From an archaeon (lineage in GTDB: Archaea; Micrarchaeota; Micrarchaeia; Norongarragalinales; UBA97), in contig JAGVFW010000013.1 in the NCBI GenBank assembly GCA_020057405.1, forward strand, positions 87,711 to 151,710: a stretch of 64,000 nt of DNA, read 5' to 3'. The notes beneath the pieces are model-generated. The model saw only the letters and a program-made list of their open reading frames with translations, did not search any database and was not told where the DNA came from. The translations under genes were made by a program, and so were the position numbers. Positions 56,701 to 64,000 of this stretch are shown in pieces; position 1 is the first letter of the stretch; the number at the start of each line of letters is the position of its first letter.

Positions 56701-59700
56701 ATGCCGTGACGTTAAGGTCGTAGGTCTTGCCCGCCGCTATCGAGGGCGCGGTGACGTTAATCAGCCACAAGCCAAGAACGTCGGAGTAGTTGATTGCGGT
56801 GAAGTTGGTAACCGGGTTTGACGTGCCGTCGGCGTCAAGGCTTACGTTGAAGGCCACGCTCGAGTTAATCGCGAGGGCCTCGTAGCTTACGTTGACGAGC
56901 AACTGCAGCGTGTCACCCGAGCTGACGTTGGTGTAAGGCTGCGCTTCGGTCGGCTGCGTGATGTTGACGAGCAGCGGCTCAAGGGTGATGTTGACTGCGG
57001 TGTTGACATCGGACGGAATCGCACTCGTGTTCCTCGTCGTGATGTTGCCCAAAAGCTCGAGGTGGTTGTTCGAGAAGGGCGTGTTGTAGGTGACTAACAC
57101 TGCCGTGCTTGCGCCCGGGCTAAGGCTAAGGTAGGTCGTGTTGAATGTGACGTAGGGCGCGATTGCACCCTGGGCGAGCACGGTGAATTCGCCGTAAATG
57201 TTTCCGGTGTTGGTGACAAGCAGCGTAGTGAGCGTGCCGTTGGTGCTTTGCACTGCAACCGTGCTCACGCTTGTCGGCGTCTGGCTCCAGCTTAGGTTGG
57301 ATGGCACTGTCACCTCGATGGTGAGCGAGTCGTTGGTGCCGTTAGCGCTCGTTGCCGTCAGGGTGCCCGTATATAGCGCGGGCGGCTGCGCGGCCGGTAC
57401 CGTTACCGACACGTTTATCGCAGCCGCCGCGCCTGGGGCAAGGAAGGATACGCTTGAGATGTTGAGGTTGACTGTGAAGCTTGTGCACACGGCGCCCGAC
57501 GCGCAGGTTAAGGCGACGTTGAAGAGCGGCGAGTTGCCAGTCGAGTTTAGCACCGCGACCTTGCTTGAGGTTCCGGCAGCCGAGATGGTGTAGGCGAGGG
57601 TCTTGGGCGTGAAGTTGGCGATTGCCGAGGCAGCCACCCTAATTGTGAAGGATGTGGTGTTGATGCTGGTGGTGTCATCAAGGTTAGTCCAGTTTGAGGT
57701 TGCGTTGAACTGGTAGTCTCCGGCAGCGGTGCCAGCGGGCAGGGATATGAGCACGGTGGTGTTATACGTGCTTTCTGCCGACGTGTTCTTGAGAAGCGCG
57801 CCGATTATGGTGAAGTTGGGCGCCAGGCTGCCGGTAGCGATAGTCAGGTTGAGCGTCGTGTTTTGCGTACGTGAGAAGCCCGAGTTGTTTGCAAACACTA
57901 TTACTGCGACAGCCGCACCAGCGCTCCTGCTGACGTTGTAGACGTTGATGATGTTGCCCGTGTAGTTGGTTGACGTCGTGACGTTGGTGGTCGCGGATGC
58001 CGTGCGATTGAACGCCTCGGTGCAGTTGATGTTGCCGACCGTGTCGTTCGCGCACAGCTGCACCGCGTAGGCGCCGCCGACGTTCGTCGAGTAGTTGGTG
58101 CCGTAAAGGCCTCCCCCTAACGCGGTCAGGTAAGAGATTATGCTCGTCGAATTCGGCATGGTGATGTTTGTCCAGGCAAAGTCGACTGCGAAGTTGTCGG
58201 TGATATTCGCGCTTATCGAGAGGTTTTCGTAGATTATCTCGAAGACCTGCGGGGTGACGTTGATGTTCTTAAACTGCGGCGGCGTGTCGGTGACGTTTAG
58301 GTGAACCGTCGTGAAGTTCTGCGTTACCGTGTCGTTGAACATTGTTATCGTGATGTCGTAGATTCCGGGAGGCTGTATGCCGGGTATGACGTAGCTGACG
58401 TTGACCGTGATGGACGCCTGCTTGTCAATGTCTGCGGCGTAGAGGGTAAGGTCATTTAGCCGCAGGAGGTTTGGCCCGTCCTGGCTCACTAGCAGGCCGA
58501 GCTTGATGTTGCCCGTGTTGTTGATTACGAGGGTGCCGATTGTGCCACTGCCGCCAATGGGCACGGTGACGTTGCCAAACGTCGTGGGCGAGCGCACGAA
58601 GTGCTTGTCAACGGACACTGTGAGGTTCATCACAAGCGAGTCGGTGCCGTCGTTGGTAGAGTTCGCTTGCAGGCTAGTCCAGTAGAAGCCCGGCGCCTGG
58701 CCGGCGGGCACGGTGATTGTCAGGTTGACTGTGAAGTTCGTGCCGGCCTGAACAAGGCCCTGGAAGTTCGGGTTGATGGTGAGGATGCAGCCCGAGCAGC
58801 TTGTGGCCAAGTCGCCACCTTGGGTGAACACGTGGACGCCCTGCAGTGCGGCATTGCCCTTGGAGAGAACCACGATTGTGCCAATGTTGGTAGTCACGCC
58901 ATGCGGCGTGTTGGCGTTGAGCGCAGTTTCCACAATGTCAAGCACGGGGTTTGACGCAACTATGATGAGGGTGGTGTTCTGCGTGAAGTTGTTCGTCAGG
59001 TCGGGGTTGCGCCAGGTGACGTTGTAGGTTATGGTGATGAGCTTGGGTGGGGTTGCAGCCTCGACAGTCACGAGCACGTTTCTCACGCACGAAACGTTGG
59101 GCCGCACGATGCCGCAGCTGATGCTCGTCTGGTTGTAGGTGATTTCGTTGTTCGAGTCGTCCGTCAGGTTGATGCTGGTGACGTATGATGGCGCGGGGCC
59201 GGTGTTGGTGAAGTTGATTGTGACGTTAAACGTGAAGTTGTCGGTCTGCGTGATGCCGGAGGCAGTTATCTGCGTCACCGATACGGGTACCCTGCCGGTC
59301 GTCTTGCCGTCGACCTGGAATGTGCCTGCAAACGTGGTGTTGAGGTTCCTTTCGGGCGGCAGGTCGATGGCAAAGAGCGTCACGAGGTAGGTGCCGTCAA
59401 TGGCCGGTACGTAAGTGACGTTGTAGGTGGAGTTGTCGATAGTAGTGAGCGTGAGGTTTATTGCAGTGCCATTTGGCATCGTGACCGTCGCGTAGGCGCT
59501 TGAGATGCCGTTGTCGTCGGTGATATTCGCGCTGATTACCGTGATGTTGAGGTTGGCTTCAAGGCTCGCGTTTGGCAGGATGCTTACGCTGTAGAATTGC
59601 GGCGGGTTCTGGTCTTGGACCGTCACCGTGACTATTGAGGCGTTGGTGCCCGCGCTGTAGAACTTGGGCACGTCGTCGCCGATTCCGCACGCTATCGTGA

Positions 59701-62700
59701 GCGCGCCCTTTTGGCCGGGCGTGAAGTTGGCGACCGCGTAGCCCGTTGAGTTTGTGGTGACGTTGGCAAACAACACCGAGCCGGGGGTGTAGTTGTAGTA
59801 GAAGCTGATGTTGTAGTCAGGCACGTTTGCCCCGCTTTCGCTGTCGAGGACAGTGCAGGTTACGTTGAACTCCTGCGGGTAGGGGAGTGTGGCGCCGTCT
59901 GTGGGTGAGTTGACGAGCACGTTGGCGACACCGCTAACTGTGATGATGACTGACTTGTTGCCGTCGTCGTAGTACGGCAGGCTGGTCCGAAGCGTGTAGT
60001 TGCGGAAGCCGGTGGTCTGCGTCGTTAGCGGGAAGGTCGCGCTGATGCCGGTTGCAATCAGTTGCGTCTCGTTGTACCAGTCAAACTGCGGGTTGACTGA
60101 GTAGTTGTTGTTCTCGTCACTCAAGTTTGCCGAGAAGAGCACGGAGCCGGCCTTGCTGTAGAAGCTGCCGTTAAGGGGCGAGGTGATGTTGGCCAGAAGC
60201 TTGCCGAACACGTTGAGGCTCGTCGTGTTGGTCGACGCGTTTTCATTCGAGTTTCTAGTGGCATTCACGCTGAAGTTGTAGTTGCCGGGCATCGCGTCGT
60301 CGGGTGGGTTGATGAGGACGTAGCAGCTGCCGATTGCGTTTGTGGTGCAGTTTGCCACAAAGCCGCTTTCGTTGTAGAAGCGCACGTCGGCACCAGCCGC
60401 CGTGCCGATTGCGGCGTCAAGCACGCGCACGGTGATGTTTGCTGTAAACGGCGAGAACGAATCGTTGCGGTAGATGGTCTGGTTCACCGTGACGAACTGG
60501 TCAATCACGAGCTGCCTTGCGAGCCGCACGTTGATGCGCTTTTCAAAGTCCGACGTGTTGTAGTTGAGGCCGTCTGCGGTGCTGATGTTGCAGCTTATCG
60601 AATAGTTCGCGGGAAGGTCGATAGCCGTGTTCCAAATCCAGTTGGCCTCGCCGCTTCCGTCTGTTGTGGTGCTTGACTGTAGCGTGTCGTTCTTGTAGAA
60701 GTTAACCGCATAGCCGCTAAGCGGGGCGAACGTGTCGTTGTCGTAAACCGCGCAGGTAACGGTAAGCAACTGGCCTGCGGTCGCGTCAGTGTTGTTGGCG
60801 GGCGAGATGCGCGTGACGTTGGCCCAGCCGTAGACGACAATCGAAGTCAGGTTCGTGCCGTTATCGTAGAACTGCTTGCTTGCGTTTGCAGTCACATTCG
60901 TCGTCCCAAGGGTGTAGCGGCTGGTGAGCGTCCAGTTGGTGAGGTTGCCTGAACCGACTGTCCTGCGGCTGGCGTTATACCATGTGATTGTCGCATCGCT
61001 GATTACCGCGGCGCAGTCGTCATTCGCCGTCATGTTTAGCAGGAACGGCTTGTTGCGGTTGGCGACCTTGCCCGGAGTGGGTGAAGTGACGTTTGCAAAG
61101 AGCTGGCCGACTACCGTCAGGCTGGTGGCCGACCCGTTCACCGGCTTGTAGCAGCTGTCGGTAGTGCCGCCAGTCCACTGGCGCACGCCCACTGAAGTTG
61201 CGCACGTAGGGTCGTGGTCAATCGAGCAGTAGCCGTTTGAAGACGAGCAGGTCGGCGAGAGCGTGTAAGTCGAACCGCTTTCGGTAATCCACACTGTTCC
61301 CGCAGTGCCGTTGGGATAGACCCCGAGGTCGGAGTCGAAAATCCGCGTGCTCAGGAACGCGTTACTCGTGCCCGTCCTTCTGATCGTCGAGTTGCTGCTA
61401 GCGTTGAAAATCGTCACGTCGTCGGGCTCAAGGGTGAAGTTGAGCCACGAGGAGTTGTACGTGTAGGACAAGTTGAGGTAGTCTGTCGAGACGTTGCCGC
61501 CCATCGCGCCTACCGCGAGGAAGTAGATGCGCGTGTCGTTGACGTACCGGCTGATGTTGCCGGAAAACACGTTCGTCAGGACTTGTGACGATGCCGACGT
61601 GTGGTTGGCGAATCCCTGCCAGGCGGTTGCGTTGTTGTCCCAGATAAACAGCGAGTCGCTGGAGGTTGTCGCATTCTTGCCAAAGCCCTTGTACCACACT
61701 GTGAAGTTGAGTGTCTGGAACTGGTCGCCGGCGACACGGAAACTGAATTTCTGCGTCGGCCAGTTGGCGCCAGAGGCATTCGTGACGGCAAGAGTGCCCT
61801 CGTCTGCAGATACATCCGAGTAGTTGTTGGTTGCCGCCTGGGCGCCGGAGCCGAACTCGGCTTCGGCAGTGATGTTGTTGGCCGCGGGCGGGAACGCGGC
61901 GGTTGTCGAGTATGTGGCGTTGTGCAGGGCCGTCGGGAACACTATTGAGGCGAAGTCATAGGTTGCCGTGGTGGCCGTGGCCACGGCCGGCACTTCGGCC
62001 CCGTAGCCGAAGAAGTCTGTTGTGTTGAACTTGAAGTAGTTGACTCCCTGCTCGTCGCACTGGAACCGGTGTGCGAACTCGTATTGTTTGTTCTGCACGC
62101 CGCTGCCTGCGACGACCGTGTTGTTCATCAGGTGCCAGTCGAGCCCGTCCCGGCTCTTCCAAAGCGTGAGGTTGTTCTGGTTGAGGTCGGGGTCGTTGAT
62201 GGTCACGCGGAACAGGTAGGATTCGCCCCAGCCGCCGAAGAAGTGGTTAACGCTCTGCAGGCTGAGTGCGGGCGCCGCGCCGATGAAGAACGCGTTTTCC
62301 TTGCGCGTGAAGTTGGTTGCATAGAACGGGCGCGAAGTGTTGAACGTGACGTTATAGTAGCCTATGGTCGTTACACTCTGCCAGCTGCAGTTGTACCAGC
62401 CGTTGCCAATCGTGTTGTTGGTGCAGAAGAACGAGTTGGCGCCCGTGCGCTGGTTAAACGCGGGGGTAGCGTCAGTCACGGTGGTGTTTGTCGTTGCAGA
62501 GCAGTCGTCATCGAGGTAGCCGAGCAGCGGGACTATCGAGTTGCGCAAGTAGCCTTCCCCGTTTGGCGCGGTCAGGCTCGGCTGCAAGTCGCCCCAAATC
62601 TGAACAGTCAGGTTAGTCGAGTTCACATCCTTGTAGCAGGTGTTCCTGTCGGTGCCGCCAAACCACTTCTGCAGCCCTACCTTGTAGTTGCAGCTTGGGT

Positions 62701-64000
62701 CAAAGTCGAAGATTATGTTACCTGAGTCGTTCGTCTGCAGGCCTTGGCTCTGGCGCACATCGGTGCCGTTGATGGTCGTCCAGATTGTGGCATTCCATCC
62801 GAGGCTAAGCGGCGTGCTCCTATCGTAGTCGGTGGCGAGTAGTACGAGCTCTCCACTCGTCGTGCCGTTTCGGTAAATTACTGAATTGTTTCCGCTAAAG
62901 TGCGTGATGTTGATGTCATCTGCTTCGATGGTGAAGTTCAAGGCCGTCGTGTTTGTCGCGTACGTGCGGTTGTCGGTCGCGGTGAACGAGAATTCCCACG
63001 CGCCAAGGTCCGAACAGCTATATCCGCCAAACGGTCCGCGCGTGCTTAGCACCACGGTAGTGTTTGAGGGATTGTCGATGAACGTATTGTTGGCTTCGTT
63101 CCAGGCGGCGTTACCAAACGCCCTTACGTAGAGTGTGATGGTGATGTTGTCCGCGTCAAGGTCGCTCAAGTTAACCGAGAATGGGAATTCCTCTCCCCAG
63201 CCAGCGACAGGCTTGAGTGCCGTTGCGTTTGACAGGGCCGGCCGCGTTTCGACGAAGAGCGCGTTGCCCTGGGTCGTAGTGACGTTGTTGTGGAATGCCT
63301 TTGACGCGTTCATGGTGAAGTTGTGCCACTTGGCATCCATGTCGGTCGTGTTGCGGTCGCAGGCAAAGAGGCCGCCTCCGAAGTTGACGGGCGGGTAGCA
63401 GGTCTGGTTAAGGTACGTAAAGACGTTGGTGATGCTCATGTTGACGTTAGCCACGTCAACGCCGGCGCCGCAGTCGTCGGAAAGCGTGCCCTGGAACGTC
63501 ACGTTAGTGCCCCGCAGTGTTGTCAGGCCGATGGGGTCGGTGATGACAAGCGAGAGCGTGCCGAGCACCGTTGTGGTGAAGTTTGCACCGGTGGTGTTGG
63601 TAGGCTTGTAGCAAACGTCGTTAAACACGCCCGCCGTCCAAGTCTGCATCCCGGGCGTGTAGTCGCAGGTCGGGTCGAAGTAGTGGCTGTTAAAGCCACT
63701 GGAGTTTGTGCTGTTAGAGGACCGCTCGACAGTCCCGTCGCCCCTGCTCACCCACGTGCTGACGTTTACGCTGGACGGAGCATAGGCGTTGCTGTCATTG
63801 TTGAACACGCGCACGCCAAATAGCTGCACGCCGGGGTCAGAGCGGTTTACCGTAGTGGCGTTGCCGATGGAATAGTAGACCGTGACGTCATTTTGCTCGA
63901 TTTGGAAGCCGGTGTCGTTGGTGGTCGTGTTGAAGATGTTTGTTCCGTCGCGGATTTCGAACTTGAATTGCGTGCTTGAACTGAGGTCGCCGCAAGTGTA
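53708..64000 (-). CDS. giant (>3430 aa, 5'-truncated) surface protein with a TM and a C-terminal HerA/DUF87-type ATPase
   Basis: Frame stays open from 63829 to the window end by manual translation; Ig-like repeats, CGDGIC…C…DC, Gly linker, TM, then GGTGSGKS, VFDPT, IFDEVH, EFRKWGIG…SQ. Confidence 0.92.
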   Translation of the reverse strand, partial: YTCGDLSSSTQFKFEIRDGTNIFNTTTNDTGFQIEQNDVTVYYSIGNATTVNRSDPGVQLFGVRVFNNDSNAYAPSSVNVSTWVSRGDGTVERSSNSTNSSGFNSHYFDPTCDYTPGMQTWTAGVFNDVCYKPTNTTGANFTTTVLGTLSLVITDPIGLTTLRGTNVTFQGTLSDDCGAGVDVANVNMSITNVFTYLNQTCYPPVNFGGGLFACDRNTTDMDAKWHNFTMNASKAFHNNVTTTQGNALFVETRPALSNATALKPVAGWGEEFPFSVNLSDLDADNITITLYVRAFGNAAWNEANNTFIDNPSNTTVVLSTRGPFGGYSCSDLGAWEFSFTATDNRTYATNTTALNFTIEADDINITHFSGNNSVIYRNGTTSGELVLLATDYDRSTPLSLGWNATIWTTINGTDVRQSQGLQTNDSGNIIFDFDPSCNYKVGLQKWFGGTDRNTCYKDVNSTNLTVQIWGDLQPSLTAPNGEGYLRNSIVPLLGYLDDDCSATTNTTVTDATPAFNQRTGANSFFCTNNTIGNGWYNCSWQSVTTIGYYNVTFNTSRPFYATNFTRKENAFFIGAAPALSLQSVNHFFGGWGESYLFRVTINDPDLNQNNLTLWKSRDGLDWHLMNNTVVAGSGVQNKQYEFAHRFQCDEQGVNYFKFNTTDFFGYGAEVPAVATATTATYDFASIVFPTALHNATYSTTAAFPPAANNITAEAEFGSGAQAATNNYSDVSADEGTLAVTNASGANWPTQKFSFRVAGDQFQTLNFTVWYKGFGKNATTSSDSLFIWDNNATAWQGFANHTSASSQVLTNVFSGNISRYVNDTRIYFLAVGAMGGNVSTDYLNLSYTYNSSWLNFTLEPDDVTIFNASSNSTIRRTGTSNAFLSTRIFDSDLGVYPNGTAGTVWITESGSTYTLSPTCSSSNGYCSIDHDPTCATSVGVRQWTGGTTDSCYKPVNGSATSLTVVGQLFANVTSPTPGKVANRNKPFLLNMTANDDCAAVISDATITWYNASRRTVGSGNLTNWTLTSRYTLGTTNVTANASKQFYDNGTNLTSIVVYGWANVTRISPANNTDATAGQLLTVTCAVYDNDTFAPLSGYAVNFYKNDTLQSSTTTDGSGEANWIWNTAIDLPANYSISCNISTADGLNYNTSDFEKRINVRLARQLVIDQFVTVNQTIYRNDSFSPFTANITVRVLDAAIGTAAGADVRFYNESGFVANCTTNAIGSCYVLINPPDDAMPGNYNFSVNATRNSNENASTNTTSLNVFGKLLANITSPLNGSFYSKAGSVLFSANLSDENNNYSVNPQFDWYNETQLIATGISATFPLTTQTTGFRNYTLRTSLPYYDDGNKSVIITVSGVANVLVNSPTDGATLPYPQEFNVTCTVLDSESGANVPDYNISFYYNYTPGSVLFANVTTNSTGYAVANFTPGQKGALTIACGIGDDVPKFYSAGTNASIVTVTVQDQNPPQFYSVSILPNASLEANLNITVISANITDDNGISSAYATVTMPNGTAINLTLTTIDNSTYNVTYVPAIDGTYLVTLFAIDLPPERNLNTTFAGTFQVDGKTTGRVPVSVTQITASGITQTDNFTFNVTINFTNTGPAPSYVTSINLTDDSNNEITYNQTSISCGIVRPNVSCVRNVLVTVEAATPPKLITITYNVTWRNPDLTNNFTQNTTLIIVASNPVLDIVETALNANTPHGVTTNIGTIVVLSKGNAALQGVHVFTQGGDLATSCSGCILTINPNFQGLVQAGTNFTVNLTITVPAGQAPGFYWTSLQANSTNDGTDSLVMNLTVSVDKHFVRSPTTFGNVTVPIGGSGTIGTLVINNTGNIKLGLLVSQDGPNLLRLNDLTLYAADIDKQASITVNVSYVIPGIQPPGIYDITITMFNDTVTQNFTTVHLNVTDTPPQFKNINVTPQVFEIIYENLSISANITDNFAVDFAWTNITMPNSTSIISYLTALGGGLYGTNYSTNVGGAYAVQLCANDTVGNINCTEAFNRTASATTNVTTSTNYTGNIINVYNVSRSAGAAVAVIVFANNSGFSRTQNTTLNLTIATGSLAPNFTIIGALLKNTSAESTYNTTVLISLPAGTAAGDYQFNATSNWTNLDDTTSINTTSFTIRVAASAIANFTPKTLAYTISAAGTSSKVAVLNSTGNSPLFNVALTCASGAVCTSFTVNLNISSVSFLAPGAAAAINVSVTVPAAQPPALYTGTLTATSANGTNDSLTIEVTVPSNLSWSQTPTSVSTVAVQSTNGTLTTLLVTNTGNIYGEFTVLAQGAIAPYVTFNTTYLSLSPGASTAVLVTYNTPFSNNHLELLGNITTRNTSAIPSDVNTAVNITLEPLLVNITQPTEAQPYTNVSSGDTLQLLVNVSYEALAINSSVAFNVSLDADGTSNPVTNFTAINYSDVLGLWLINVTAPSIAAGKTYDLNVTAYDLNRSLTAYDIEQRAVAYIDNAAPVLGINFTAIIAAGTVQQITLNVTDGGIINNANVTLNITYPGGMVQAQSLTYLGRAGDIYHYALNLTNTTTTGTYTIDARACDASANCGTASGTFVVGNAFLFHGVSTDQETGGSSALPIVFDFFDSLGAHPFEFATLSNGTYNKTVYGDTYNRLSFNLTSDRLLLISVPITASVYNPVLFGNIPAVRIGAGAIKGLYLANQLTYGNANVSLNYTGYTGFSESNLGIYSCANYTPTVGCDNNSWVRSNNSVLVSSQNIMVERTTLLKPAYALAQFICGDGICESNHGEGASVCNADCGNVGNGTGNGTGNGSGGGSGGGGGGGGGGGSGGEGSPTPGAGGGAGTGQAGSGQANISAPPSQVEANIIFVTIKPGESVKYSISVTNNLGRTTTATARVEGDAADFISFDSPSVTLGPNSVGGVVVNIISTENSLPGTYQGTIIITVDGVVHRRPITVKIVRAPEPILEVRLKVLSKVMQPGNTLRGEVTIVNIGEVSEVTDGQLTLNVKTVGEDAAILTTSDTVAVRDIVTRVVAIPIPEDVPADKYVLEAIITYSGGRNSKAVDDFELTSPSLVGLVIGGITSSIFTYIILLLIVATLVGRRVYRGYMTGKRQAARYIFPLDFKKLPQPGPNAIPVGRIAETDITAYVDLNKLQMHSIAAGGTGSGKSVSAQVITEELLERNLPVIVFDPTAQWTGFIRPQTDAQMLALYRNFGMKPEAARSYKTNIILIKDPSVGVNIFDHMKPGEITVFVMNKLPNDLIDGFVRKSVENIFASRPPESKNLRVLLIFDEVHRLLPKYGGKGGYVSLERGFREFRKWGIGLFLISQVLLDFKGAIRANISNEIQLRTKYEGDIGRVKTKYGSDYANRVTKLTIGSGLFQNPEYNDGKPWFVSFRALKHSTFALTDAELDALDAVQMQIDETAKRIAALKAGGRDTYDLELELKIAGDKMKQGSLRMAQSYIDSLNARLKGLGG

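Noticed and set aside
34000-63800. Numerous plus-strand ORFs opposite the giant genes
   Set aside because: Antisense shadows caused by biased Asn/Thr/Val codon usage; no recognisable motifs.

Overview
Archaeal DNA, most likely from a DPANN archaeon and plausibly Micrarchaeota-like (inferred from aTrm56, TFE, archaeal ApgM and PpcA, intron-containing tRNAs and giant N-glycosylated surface proteins). The left end (0.4-8.6 kb) is a minimal type IV secretion/Ced-like locus: VirB2-like pilin, surface protein, VirB6-like, PrgI/VirB3-like, VirB4 with a nuclease-like tail, a RelBE-type toxin-antitoxin pair and a HerA/VirD4-like ATPase fused to a DUF559 nuclease. It is followed by accessory genes separated by a conserved ~55 bp repeat (8.6-11.8 kb). 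The middle holds a complete SUF operon, three tRNAs (Cys with intron, Lys with a non-canonical 39/40 intron, initiator Met), trm56, tfe, eno, apgM, a JAMM protease, ppcA and minD/parA. The right half (33.8-64 kb) is a cluster of very large surface proteins, ending in a >3430 aa protein whose cytoplasmic tail is a HerA/DUF87-type ATPase. The strongest unexplained signal is a 13-bp motif, AGTTAGGCACTAC, found exactly 8 times by eye. Its orientation flips between 21.9 and 26.3 kb, it is doubled at the start of a small basic beta-sheet DNA-binding-like gene, and it is tripled next to minD/parA. All family assignments come from motif recognition by eye, with no database searches.
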